DNA from: Dehalococcoidia bacterium
Lineage (GTDB): Bacteria > Chloroflexota > Dehalococcoidia > UBA6926
NCBI GenBank assembly: GCA_965206275.1
Contig: OZ242203.1
Location: 904,474-968,473, forward strand
Reading direction: 5' to 3'
DNA: 64,000 nt
Both the position numbers and the translations under genes were made by a program. The notes under the pieces were generated by a model. That model saw only the letters and a list, made by a program, of their open reading frames with translations, did not search any database and was not told the origin of the DNA. This document shows positions 18,197 to 27,147 of this stretch, piece after piece (position 1 is the stretch's first letter; the number at the start of each line of letters is the position of its first letter).

Positions 18197-20005
18197 TCAC
18201 GAGGCACGGGCGCTGCGGGGCTGCTCGGCTGTTTGGTCCCGCCCTTCGACAGGCTCAGGGCGAGCGGTGGCGGGCCGCCCTTCGGGCGGCACTGGATTCC
18301 CGCTTTCGCGGGAATGACGAGATTCGTCCGGGCGTTGGGCGGGATGGGCGAGGCCGTCCTGGGCGACGATGAGCGGCGGCTGTTCGCCCTCACGGAGGAT
18401 GCCGGCGGCGACGGAGACGAATTCGCGGAAGAGGGGGTGGGCGTGGGTGGGGCGGGACTTGAACTCCGGGTGGAATTGTGTGCCAACCATGAAGGGGTGA
18501 TCACGCACTTCAGAAATCTCAACGAGGTCGAGTTCACGGTACGCGCCGCTGACGATCAAGCCGGCGTCATTAAAGGAGGAGCGGTAGGCGTTGTTGAATT
18601 CAAAGCGGTGGCGGTGTCGCTCAACGATGGTGTCCGGGTTGCCGTATGCGCGGGCGGCGTTTGTGCCGGGGGTGAGGTGGCAGAGGTAGGAGCCGAGACG
18701 CATGGTGCCGCCCTTGGCGCGGACTCGCTCCTGGTCTTCCATGATGTGGATGACGGGGTGGCGGGTGGCGACGTTGAACTCGGTGGAGTTTGCGCCGTCA
18801 AGGCCGGCGACGTTTCGGGCGAATTCAATGACCATAATCTGCATACCAAGGCAGAGGCCAAGATAGGGGACGCGCTGCTCACGGGCATAGGAGGCGGCGC
18901 GAATCATGCCCTCGATGCCGCGCTCACCAAAGCCGCCGGGGACGACGATGCCGTGCGCGCGTTCGAGCAGCGATTCCCAGCCGTCCTCTTCCAGCTCTTC
19001 AGCGGATATCCAGTCGATGTCGATGTCCACACCGATCTCAAGGCCGGAGTGGGTGAGGGCCTCTTTAACGGAAAGGTAGGCATCGCGCAGTTCAACATAT
19101 TTGCCGACGATGGCGACGGTTAAAGGAGGCTTAGGTTCGTCGAAACGTCGGACGAGATCGTGCCAGTCATCGAGCTGCGGCTCGGTTTCGGCATACGCCG
19201 CGAGCTGCATCCTTTTAAGGAGGTAGTCGCCGAGGCCGCGCTCTTCAAGGAGGAGAGGGACACGGTAGATGGTGTCCACGGTGGCCAGCGGAATCACGGC
19301 CTGCGGCTCAACATCACAGAACAGGGCAATCTTCTCAATCGTGTCCTGCGTGGCCTCAACCTCACTGCGGGCGATGATGACATCGGGCGCAATGCCGGCA
19401 CTGCGGCCAAGCTCACGGACGGAGTGCTGGGTGGGCTTGGTCTTGAGCTCCCCGGTGGCATGGAGGTACGGGAGATATGTGACATGAACGAAGATGGCGT
19501 CGGCGCGGCCGACCTCATTGCGAACCTGGCGGATGGCCTCAAGGAACGGCTGGCCCTCGATATCGCCGACGGTGCCGCCGACCTCTATGATTATGACCTC
19601 TGCGTCAGTCTCGTCCGCGATCTGTCGCATGCGATTCTTGATGGAATTCGTGACATGCGGAACGACCTGGATGGTGCCGCCAAGGAAGTCGCCACGCCGC
19701 TCCCGCGAGAGGACGGAGGAGTAGACCTGGCCGGCGGTGACGCTGGATGAGCGGGTCATTTCGGTATCGACGAATCTCTCGTAGTGGCCGAGGTCGAGGT
19801 CTGTTTCCGCGCCGTCACGCGTGACGAAGACCTCGCCGTGCTGATAGGGGGACATGGTGCCGGGGTCGACGTTGAGATACGGATCGAGCTTCTGCACTGC
19901 GACCCTGATGCCGCGGCTCGTGAAGAGCCGACCGATGGCGGCGGCGGTGATGCCTTTCCCGATGGAACTAACGACGCCGCCGGTCACAAAGACGTACTTT
20001 GCCAT
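18197..20005 (-). CDS. pyrG: CTP synthase PyrG (annotated ORF carries ~55-65 aa C-terminal tail read through a repeat element)
   Basis: N-terminal MAKYVFVTGGVVSSIGKG and a GATase domain with the catalytic LGLCLGMQ. The native PyrG end is expected near ...FVSVAAG; the ORF continues through the repeat at 18233-18322. Confidence 0.92.
   Translation of the reverse strand: MAKYVFVTGGVVSSIGKGITAAAIGRLFTSRGIRVAVQKLDPYLNVDPGTMSPYQHGEVFVTRDGAETDLDLGHYERFVDTEMTRSSSVTAGQVYSSVLSRERRGDFLGGTIQVVPHVTNSIKNRMRQIADETDAEVIIIEVGGTVGDIEGQPFLEAIRQVRNEVGRADAIFVHVTYLPYLHATGELKTKPTQHSVRELGRSAGIAPDVIIARSEVEATQDTIEKIALFCDVEPQAVIPLATVDTIYRVPLLLEERGLGDYLLKRMQLAAYAETEPQLDDWHDLVRRFDEPKPPLTVAIVGKYVELRDAYLSVKEALTHSGLEIGVDIDIDWISAEELEEDGWESLLERAHGIVVPGGFGERGIEGMIRAASYAREQRVPYLGLCLGMQIMVIEFARNVAGLDGANSTEFNVATRHPVIHIMEDQERVRAKGGTMRLGSYLCHLTPGTNAARAYGNPDTIVERHRHRFEFNNAYRSSFNDAGLIVSGAYRELDLVEISEVRDHPFMVGTQFHPEFKSRPTHAHPLFREFVSVAAGILREGEQPPLIVAQDGLAHPAQRPDESRHSRESGNPVPPEGRPATARPEPVEGRDQTAEQPRSARAS
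18233..18322. repeat. composite repeat (module C variant + module A) at the 3' end of pyrG
   Basis: cccttcgacaggctcagggcgagcgg ... attcccgctttcgcgggaatgacga. Confidence 0.8.
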
Positions 20006-20261
20006 GCAACCTCAAATGGCCTGCCCCACCGGGCGATCTCGGGGGGCGGTTCGCGCCTGCTCTATTCCCCAACTGTCAATCAACGCATGCACGCGCATAT
20101 CGATATTCAAAACGCGCTACAACGTCTTTTGTCTTGGGAAATTCTCTCCAACTAACCGAGGCGACTACACACCGTTGTCGACCCCGATAACGGATTCAAT
20201 ATGCGCTTGATATGGCGGGGTGTCAAGTTTTTGGGGTTCGGGAGGGGGCTTCGGCAGCACA

Positions 20262-20455
20262 GTGAGATTTTAGATTCTTCGCTGCGCTCAGAATGACATG
20301 GGGGACGGAATGACAGTGGAGGACGGCGCTGCGCGCCGTACTGGATTCCCGCTTTCGCGGGAATGACGAACCCGATGGATTCCGGCTTGCCCCGGAATGA
20401 AGGGAAAGGCACAAATGAGGTTTTAGATTCTTCGCTACGCTCGGAATGACGGAGG
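20262..20455. repeat. composite MITE/REP-like repeat cluster (modules B, E, A, A', B) in the pyrG-ppc intergenic region
   Basis: ttagattcttcgctgcgctcagaatgaca; ggcgctgcgcgccgtactgg; attcccgctttcgcgggaatgacga; attccggcttgccccggaatga; ttagattcttcgctacgctcggaatgac. Confidence 0.85.
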
Positions 20456-20458
20456 GGG

Positions 20459-21934
20459 TTAGCCGAGGAAGTGGCGGAGTTCTCCTGCTTCGGCGATGTA
20501 TTGCGACACCCGGCCGGTGGCACCCTGCTCAATACTCGCCCAGACGGATGTGGTGAGGCCTTCGTGGATGCGGTCAATCTCTTCCGTGAAGCGCACGAGC
20601 AGTCGCCGGTATTTGTCGCCGAGCAGTTGGTTGACGCGTGTCTCGTTGGCGTACTGGAGCGCCGTGGCGAGATCTTCGACAAAGCTCGGGTATATCTCTC
20701 GCAGGTAGGCGAAATCCTCCTGGTCAAGGGCGGCGAGTCCGAGTAGTTCCGGCGGAACGCCGATGGAATAGAGGGCAGTGGTAAAGGCGATGGCGCGGGG
20801 CAGCGTCACGTCGTCCGAGCCAGAGAGGGAGCGCCCGTAGCCGAATAGTCCCACGTGCAATTTGCGCTCTCGTCTTCGCGGGGAGAGCGCGGAGACTGTG
20901 GCGATAGTCGGAGCAAGGCTGCGTACCTGCTTCTGGTACTCAGCGGCGGTCTTGTCGAGGATGGTGATGGCACGTTCTTCATCTATAGGATGCGCGGGCG
21001 CCTGTTCGTGAGCCTGGATTTCGGCGATGCCCGCCGTCACATCCTCACGGGGGTAGTCAAATTTGAATGCGGACTGGACGGTGAGCGTGTGGACGCTGGG
21101 GTATTCACGGAAGGCCCGCGCAGTGTTGACGGGTTTCAGGTGTCCACGGAACGGGACGGAGCCGGCGCCGATAATCGGGTACATCGGGATGCCGGTCTCC
21201 TGCGCGAGGCGGTCAACGCGGTAGAGGGCGCTCTTGAGCAGGATTTCCGCGCCAACCATGCCGTAGTTGAGGGCAGGGTCGCTGCGGGCCAGGAAGACAC
21301 GCTGGTAGGGTTCCTCACGCTCCCGCAGGTAGTCCCGGACGATGTCATCAACGTTGAGCATCTGATCGCGCTCTTCCACGAGCGGGATAACACGAATGCG
21401 CTTCGGGAGGAATTCGCCGATCCAATCGCGAACGGATACATCGCCCAAGAGAGTGCTTGATTCCTGTCCGACGATGAAGTTCTCGTAGTAGGCCGCGATG
21501 CGAGAGAGTTCGTCGGCGGAGGTGGTAAAGGGGAGAATTATCTCCTGTATGGGCGGCTCCACATCATCGCCATAGAATTCATGGGCCACATCAAAGGCGG
21601 TGGGGACGCCCTGCAGCGCCTCAACCATGAGCTTCCGCATCTCAACCTCGATGGCGGGGTTGGGGACGCGCAGGGTGATGACGGTGTCGGTTCCCAACCG
21701 GCGCTCCTCGCGGAAGTAGTCGGAGTAGTTGCTGAGGAGTTTCTGGACGACGTGGGTATCGGTGTCCTTGCCTTCCGAGTCCCACATCTGCTCATCGCAG
21801 CCGAGGCTGAAGGCGTCGACGGCTTCGATGATTTCTCCGTCGCCCTTGATGACACCATCAACGGCGTAGGGAGGCGCCGCAGCGTTGTCCGGGTGCTGGG
21901 TGCTCATCACTTTGGGAATGAGAGGCACTGCCAA
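20459..21934 (-). CDS. ppcA: archaeal-type phosphoenolpyruvate carboxylase (PepcA family)
   Basis: N-terminal IPKVMSTQHPDN is the hallmark of archaeal-type PEPC. The ~490 aa length fits. Confidence 0.8.
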   Translation of the reverse strand: MAVPLIPKVMSTQHPDNAAAPPYAVDGVIKGDGEIIEAVDAFSLGCDEQMWDSEGKDTDTHVVQKLLSNYSDYFREERRLGTDTVITLRVPNPAIEVEMRKLMVEALQGVPTAFDVAHEFYGDDVEPPIQEIILPFTTSADELSRIAAYYENFIVGQESSTLLGDVSVRDWIGEFLPKRIRVIPLVEERDQMLNVDDIVRDYLREREEPYQRVFLARSDPALNYGMVGAEILLKSALYRVDRLAQETGIPMYPIIGAGSVPFRGHLKPVNTARAFREYPSVHTLTVQSAFKFDYPREDVTAGIAEIQAHEQAPAHPIDEERAITILDKTAAEYQKQVRSLAPTIATVSALSPRRRERKLHVGLFGYGRSLSGSDDVTLPRAIAFTTALYSIGVPPELLGLAALDQEDFAYLREIYPSFVEDLATALQYANETRVNQLLGDKYRRLLVRFTEEIDRIHEGLTTSVWASIEQGATGRVSQYIAEAGELRHFLG

Positions 21935-21961
21935 ACTCCAGTCGTCAGGTTGGGTTCATCA

Positions 21962-22068
21962 TATCGGAATGACATGGGGGACGGCGCTGCGCGCCGTACT
22001 GGATTCCCGCTTTCGCGGGAATGACGAGGGGTTCACCCTTCGACAGGCTCAGGGTGAACGGGGGCTCA
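21962..22068. repeat. composite repeat (partial B + E + A + C)
   Basis: ggaatgacatggggg; ggcgctgcgcgccgtactgg; attcccgctttcgcgggaatgacga; ggttcacccttcgacaggctcagggtgaacggggg. Confidence 0.85.
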
Positions 22069-23178
22069 GTCGAAGGTGGTGAGGTTGGTGACGGTTTCAG
22101 GGGTGAGGCGGTGGAGGACTTTGGTGACGAGGCGGACAGCATTGGCGAAATCGTCGCGGTGGATGATGCCGTTGTGGCTGTGGAGATAGCGGGTGGGGAC
22201 GGCAATGTTGATGGAGGGCGCGCCGGAGCCTGATTTCTGCATCTCCGCGCCGTCTTCGCCGTAGCCGCTGAGGACGTTGAACTGGAGCGGCATCTCGAGT
22301 TCTGCGGCGGTGTCGACAAAGAAATCGCGGAGGCGGAGGTTGGGGAGCATGGAGCTGTCATGGAGGAAGACCGTCGGACCTTTGCCGAGTTCCTCCTACG
22401 CTTCGTCCTTAGTGATGCCGGGGTAGTCGCCCGCGACGCCGGACTCAAGGTTGATGCCGATGTCGGGCATGACGTGGAAGGAGCTTGTGTGCGCGCCGCG
22501 GAGGCCAACCTCTTCCTGGACGGTGGCGACGAGGTAGACGGTTGCGGGGAGCGAATCGGCGGATTCGCGGATGGCGCGAGCGACCTCAATGAGGCCGGCA
22601 ACCCCTGCCCTGTCGTCCCATGCCTTGCCGAGGTAGAGTTCACCGCCGGCCATCTCCTGAAACCGGCTGTCCGGCGCAACGGGATCGCCGGGGCGGATGC
22701 CGAGGCGTTGCTCGGCGTCCTCCTTGTTGGCCGCGCCGACGTCGATGAACATGTTCTCTTTCTTGAACACCTGCGAGCGGGCTTCAGGCTGCATAACGTG
22801 GACAGTCTTGATACCGGTGAGGCCGGGTATGGGGCCGTTGCGGGTCATGACGACCCATCGCTGGTTTATCAAGGCTTGGTCAAGCCAGCCGCCGAGGTTC
22901 TGGATGGTCAGGAATCCCTCACTGGTGATCTGGCGGACCATGAGGCCGACTTCGTCCATGTGGGCGGAGAGCATGATGCGGGGGACGCCATCGGTCTCGT
23001 CGCCAATGCGGGCGATGAGGGAGCCGATGCCGTCGGTCTCTATGTCATCGGCGAGGGGAGTGAGTTCGCGTCGGACGATGGCGCGGACGGGGCCTTCGTG
23101 GCCGGTGGGGCCGAAGGCGTTGGAGAGCTCTTCGAGGAGGGTGCGTTGGCGGGCGTGGGTTTCGGGGGATGTGGTCAT
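22066..23178 (-). pseudogene. M42 family metallopeptidase (FrvX/YsdC-like) interrupted by a single in-frame TAG at 22395-22397. Two ORF fragments in the same frame: 22396-23178 and 22066-22350.
   Basis: The N fragment has GHEGPVRAIV...IMLSAHMDEVGLMV. The C fragment has SINIAVPTRYLHSHNG. Translation across the TAG gives contiguous M42 homology (...PGITKDEA*EELGKGPTVFLHD...). Confidence 0.6.
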
Positions 23179-23256
23179 ATCGGATACTTGCCTCTTTCAC
23201 GCTTGGCGCGTCATTCGTCATTATAGATAGGAGTAGCGCAAGGAGAATTTTTTTGC

Positions 23257-25038
23257 ATGTCACATGAGGAACACCAGTCAGTCAGTGCGAACGGCGGCGC
23301 GCTTGAGGAGCGTTACACGGGCGAGAATGACACGCTCATCCGGATGCGGCATTCCGCGGCGCACATGATGGCGGAGGCGGTGCTGTCCATGTTCCCAGAG
23401 GCGAAGCTGGGAATCGGGCCGCCCATCGAGGACGGGTTCTATTACGACTTTCTGCTGCCGCGGACACTTTCGACGGATGATCTGCCGGAGATCGAGGCGC
23501 GGATGCGGGAGAGCGCAAAGGCGGCCGCGCCGTTTGTCGTGGGTGAGATGACGCGTGAGGAGGGTTTACAGCGTTTCGCGGACCAGCCTTTCAAGGTGGA
23601 GATCATCGATAGCCTGACGGACGAGACGGTATCGACATACTCGCATCGGGATTTCACGGACTTGTGCCAAGGGCCTCATGCGGAGTCGACGGACAAGACG
23701 GGGGCGTTCACGCTGACGCGGGTGGCGGGGGCGTACTGGCGCGGCGATGAGAGCAATCCGCAGCTGCAGCGCATCTATGGGGCGCTGTTTGAGACGCAGG
23801 AGGAGCTGGACGCGCACCTGGAGCGGCTGGCTGAGGCGGAGCGACGTGACCATCGGCGGCTGGGGCGCGAGCTTGATCTGTTCTTCTTCGATCCCATCGC
23901 GCCGGCGAGCCCGTTCTTCCTGCCGAAGGGGGCGACGGTCTATAACCTGATGGTGGATTTCATCCGCGAGCTTTATGACCGGTACGGGTACCAGGAGGTC
24001 ATCACGCCGCAAATCTTTTTGACCGACCTGTGGAAGCAGTCGGGGCATTACGACAATTACCTGGAGAACATGTACCTGACGCAGTCGGATGAGATCGAGT
24101 ACGGGGTCAAGCCGATGAACTGCCCCGGGCACTGCGTGATGTACGCCTCTCAACTGCATTCGTATCGAGCATTGCCGCTGCGGTACGCGGACTTTGGGCG
24201 GCTGCATCGGAACGAGCGGTCCGGGGTGACGCACGGGCTGACGCGGGTACGGAGTTTTTCCCAAGACGACGCGCATATCTTCTGCCGCATGGACCAGGTG
24301 CAGGACGAGTTTTCGTCGTTGATCCGGATGATGCGCGACGTGTACTCGGCGTTTGGGCTGAATGAGCCGCGGTACACGCTGTCGCTTCGGCCTGAGAAAC
24401 GGGTGGGGAGCGATGAGACGTGGGACCGGGCGGAGGACGCGCTGCGGGAGGCGCTGACCATCGCAGGGGCGGACTTTGAGGAGATTCCGAATGAGGGCGC
24501 GTTCTACGGGCCGAAGATTGACCTGTTCTCACAGGACGCGCTGCGGCGGGAGTGGCAGTTGAGCACGTTCCAGCTGGACTTCAATCTGCCGGAGCGGTTC
24601 GACCTGGAATACGTGACGGAGGACAACACGCGGGAGCGGCCGGTGATGATTCACCGCGCGATACTCGGCTCGCTGGAGCGGTTTTTTGGGGTTTTATTAG
24701 AGCACAACGCGGGGGCGTTCCCGGTGTGGCTCGCGCCGGTGCAGGCGACGATCATCCCCATCGCGGACCGGCACATCCCCTATGCGGAGCAGGTGCAGGA
24801 GCAGCTGCATGACGCGGGGCTGCGCGTTGAGATTGATGACCGGAATGAGCGGATGAACGCGAAGATCCGTGAGGCGCAGACTCGGCACGTGCCGTACATG
24901 CTGGTGGTCGGCGACCGCGAGGCGGAGTCGGGCGCGGTGGCGGTGCGTCGTCGTGAGGGGAGCGAGGACCTGGGGGCGATGGCGGTTGCGGAGTTTGTGG
25001 GGCGGGTGTTGAGGGAGGTTGAGGCGGGGAGGGGGTGA
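23257..25038 (+). CDS. thrS: threonine--tRNA ligase ThrS
   Basis: Class II aaRS motifs and a ThrRS catalytic core (NCPGHCVMY Zn site, RVRSFSQDDAHIF). AAGGAG SD 11 nt upstream. Confidence 0.93.
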   Translation: MSHEEHQSVSANGGALEERYTGENDTLIRMRHSAAHMMAEAVLSMFPEAKLGIGPPIEDGFYYDFLLPRTLSTDDLPEIEARMRESAKAAAPFVVGEMTREEGLQRFADQPFKVEIIDSLTDETVSTYSHRDFTDLCQGPHAESTDKTGAFTLTRVAGAYWRGDESNPQLQRIYGALFETQEELDAHLERLAEAERRDHRRLGRELDLFFFDPIAPASPFFLPKGATVYNLMVDFIRELYDRYGYQEVITPQIFLTDLWKQSGHYDNYLENMYLTQSDEIEYGVKPMNCPGHCVMYASQLHSYRALPLRYADFGRLHRNERSGVTHGLTRVRSFSQDDAHIFCRMDQVQDEFSSLIRMMRDVYSAFGLNEPRYTLSLRPEKRVGSDETWDRAEDALREALTIAGADFEEIPNEGAFYGPKIDLFSQDALRREWQLSTFQLDFNLPERFDLEYVTEDNTRERPVMIHRAILGSLERFFGVLLEHNAGAFPVWLAPVQATIIPIADRHIPYAEQVQEQLHDAGLRVEIDDRNERMNAKIREAQTRHVPYMLVVGDREAESGAVAVRRREGSEDLGAMAVAEFVGRVLREVEAGRG

Positions 25039-25123
25039 GGAAAGCACCCTGCTCATCACCTTCAGCATCTCCAGTGAGCGCTCCTCTCTTTATATCGGCT
25101 GCATTCAACATTCTTAGGGAATA

Positions 25124-25951
25124 ATGTCAATGCGCAGCGCCATTCTTCTCCGTGATTGGGTCCGTAGCTATTTGGGGAGCTACGTTCGCATAATGCTGCG
25201 GTTGTCTGTGCCAACATTCTGCGCTGGTGTTTTGGCGGTGGTATTCGCCAACGATCTGACAAACGACTTTTTTAGGTACTTAAGATGGAGCACACCTAGT
25301 CTGACAACTACGTACTTCATAGCAGTTCACGGAATCCTGCTTGGCATCGTTGCAATTGGTATCCTTGCAGCGCCATTTGCATTCGCAGCGGCAGTTTTCC
25401 AAGCACGGGGTACGGATTGGCGAGAACGAACACTACTGGGTGTCTGGACCGGCATCGCTTCAGCATCTATGTTGTCGCCATGGATCGAGCTTCAGACCAA
25501 GAATGCCAAGGCCGCACGACTTAGATTAGGTATCAGGGCCTTCAATCGCACCTTGCTGCTGCTCTGGCTATTGGGCCCAATCGCATTGTGGCTGATATGG
25601 ACTGCGGAGCAAATATTCACCTTCACGTTTGTAAGTGGTGCCGAGTTCCTTGGGAAACCGCATGGCGAGTCTGGCTTTGCCTTTGATGATTGGGATGGTC
25701 GCTTCAGTTATTTGATTAACGGAGTCGTTTCAGTGGCTTACTCATCAGCATTGTTTGTCTTGTCCCTCACAAATTGGAGATATGCACTGCGTACAGGCGT
25801 GAGGTCAAGCGAGGAAGTACTCGACCCATCTGTTTGGCAAGATGTGCGCACAAAATGTTGGCCGCTTACTCCTCTGGCGATATTGATTGTCAGTACTCCA
25901 TTTTTGATTGCACTTTACGTCCTTTTGGGATGGATTGGTGTCGAATTGTGA
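25124..25951 (+). CDS. hypothetical multi-pass membrane protein in a lower-GC patch (about 55% vs about 63%)
   Basis: 5-6 predicted TM helices; no recognisable family. Compositional shift seen in sequence. Confidence 0.5.
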   Translation: MSMRSAILLRDWVRSYLGSYVRIMLRLSVPTFCAGVLAVVFANDLTNDFFRYLRWSTPSLTTTYFIAVHGILLGIVAIGILAAPFAFAAAVFQARGTDWRERTLLGVWTGIASASMLSPWIELQTKNAKAARLRLGIRAFNRTLLLLWLLGPIALWLIWTAEQIFTFTFVSGAEFLGKPHGESGFAFDDWDGRFSYLINGVVSVAYSSALFVLSLTNWRYALRTGVRSSEEVLDPSVWQDVRTKCWPLTPLAILIVSTPFLIALYVLLGWIGVEL

Positions 25952-25982
25952 ACCTGGCTTCCTTACAAGGGTGAACGGGGGT

Positions 25983-26095
25983 TTGCTGTGGCCCTTGCGG
26001 GCCACGGGATGGATTCCGGCCTTCGCCGGAATGACGATTGGGCTAGGTCCCCGTTCGGGAGCCCCCTTCGACTGCGCTCAGGGCGAACGGGGGTG
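25983..26095. repeat. composite repeat (module D gtggcccttgcgggccac + A' attccggccttcgccggaatgacg + C')
   Basis: Modules as stated. Its twin lies at 33565-33620. Confidence 0.8.
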
Positions 26096-26100
26096 GTGGC

Positions 26101-26487
26101 CTAGACTCCGCGGATGTCTGTGTGGGGGAAGTCTTGGCCTTTGTAGAGGAGGGGTTCTCCGGTCATGTCTGCGAGGGCGTAGGCGAGGCAGTCGCCGAGG
26201 TTGAGGGCGGCAGGGTGGTTGCCCTTGCCGAATTGTCGCCAAGCGCGTCGGGCGGCGGTGACCTGTTCAGGCGTTACGGGGACGATCTCTATGGACTCGC
26301 GCTGGAGGAATGCATCGAATTCCTCGCCGCCTGCGGGGCCCAGTCGGCTTTCCAAAACGACGGCGGATTCAAGGGCATTGAACGCGGACATTCGGAGACC
26401 GTCCACGCGGAACAGCGCTTCTTCGAAATAGGGGCCGTCAGTCTCTCTCAGCAGGATGGCGCAGATGGCAGATGAATCGATGATCAC
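26101..26487 (-). CDS. vapC: type II toxin VapC (PIN-domain ribonuclease)
   Basis: A GTG start overlaps the vapB stop (GTGA). The N-terminal IIDSSA is a PIN acidic-residue pattern; about 128 aa. Confidence 0.8.
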   Translation of the reverse strand: MIIDSSAICAILLRETDGPYFEEALFRVDGLRMSAFNALESAVVLESRLGPAGGEEFDAFLQRESIEIVPVTPEQVTAARRAWRQFGKGNHPAALNLGDCLAYALADMTGEPLLYKGQDFPHTDIRGV

Positions 26488-26777
26488 TTGGGTTCGCCGT
26501 GCTCGCCATAGAGGGAGTCGAGAAGCTCCTGTGAGGAGGGGGCGGGGCGCAGATGCGGCGCAAGCCGGCGATGCATGTCGGCAATTTCCTTGCGTCGTTC
26601 CGCTTTCCAGCGCAGCCAACCTTCAAGGGAGCGGTCTACTTCCGCGAGCCGTTCTCGTTCCCGTTCCAAGCGCTCCTGGAGGGCGATGGTGATGGCCTGC
26701 GTTTTGTTTTCGTTGGTCAGGGCCGCGAGTTCTTCGGCGAGTCGGTTGGTTTCGGGGTTCTTGATGTTCAGGCTCAT
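26484..26777 (-). CDS. vapB: type II antitoxin VapB (ribbon-helix-helix-like)
   Basis: 97-aa charged protein immediately upstream of the PIN gene, with a 4-nt overlap. Confidence 0.7.
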   Translation of the reverse strand: MSLNIKNPETNRLAEELAALTNENKTQAITIALQERLERERERLAEVDRSLEGWLRWKAERRKEIADMHRRLAPHLRPAPSSQELLDSLYGEHGEPK

Positions 26778-26851
26778 TGTGTACCTCAGGGTAGACGGTT
26801 TGTTATGTGTCTACCCTACTGGTTATGGGGGGCGGGGGCAAGGGGGTTTCG

Positions 26852-27118
26852 GCTGGGTTCACCCTTCGACGGGCTCAGGGTGAACGGGGGTGGTGGGACT
26901 GCCAATACGTTCTTTAGATTCTTCGCTACGCTCAGAATGACATCGGGGTTGTGGCGGCGCTGTGCGCCGCACTGGATTCCCGCCCCGTATCGGAGTACGG
27001 GGCATGCTTTCGCGGGAATGACGATGGGACTTCTATCCTTGACCCGTTGGGGTGGGGAGCCTATCGTACTCGCAGATTGGGGAGGGTGTTCTGGATTCCC
27101 GCTTTCGCGGGAATGACG
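26852..27118. repeat. repeat cluster: module C, then B+E+A with a 23-nt nested palindromic insertion inside hairpin A (26984-27006), then another A
   Basis: attcccgc|cccgtatcggagtacggggcatg|ctttcgcgggaat. Second copy at 27093-27115. Confidence 0.85.
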
Positions 27119-27147
27119 AATGCGCCTAGTCGGTGGGGAGTGTGGTT

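Noticed and set aside
18113-19123. 336-aa plus-strand ORF antisense to pyrG
   Set aside because: Overlaps the CTP synthase GATase domain. Contains repeat-derived IPAFAGMT peptides.
20152-20727. 191-aa minus-strand ORF spanning the pyrG-ppc intergenic repeats
   Set aside because: Translation consists of repeat-derived peptides (VIPAKAGIQYGAQRRPP, SFRPPCHSERSEES). It reads through MITE modules, so it is not a gene.
21945-22679. 244-aa minus-strand ORF overlapping the M42 peptidase in another frame
   Set aside because: Ser/Pro/Thr-rich alternative frame ending in repeat-derived peptides. The peptidase frame has clear homology.
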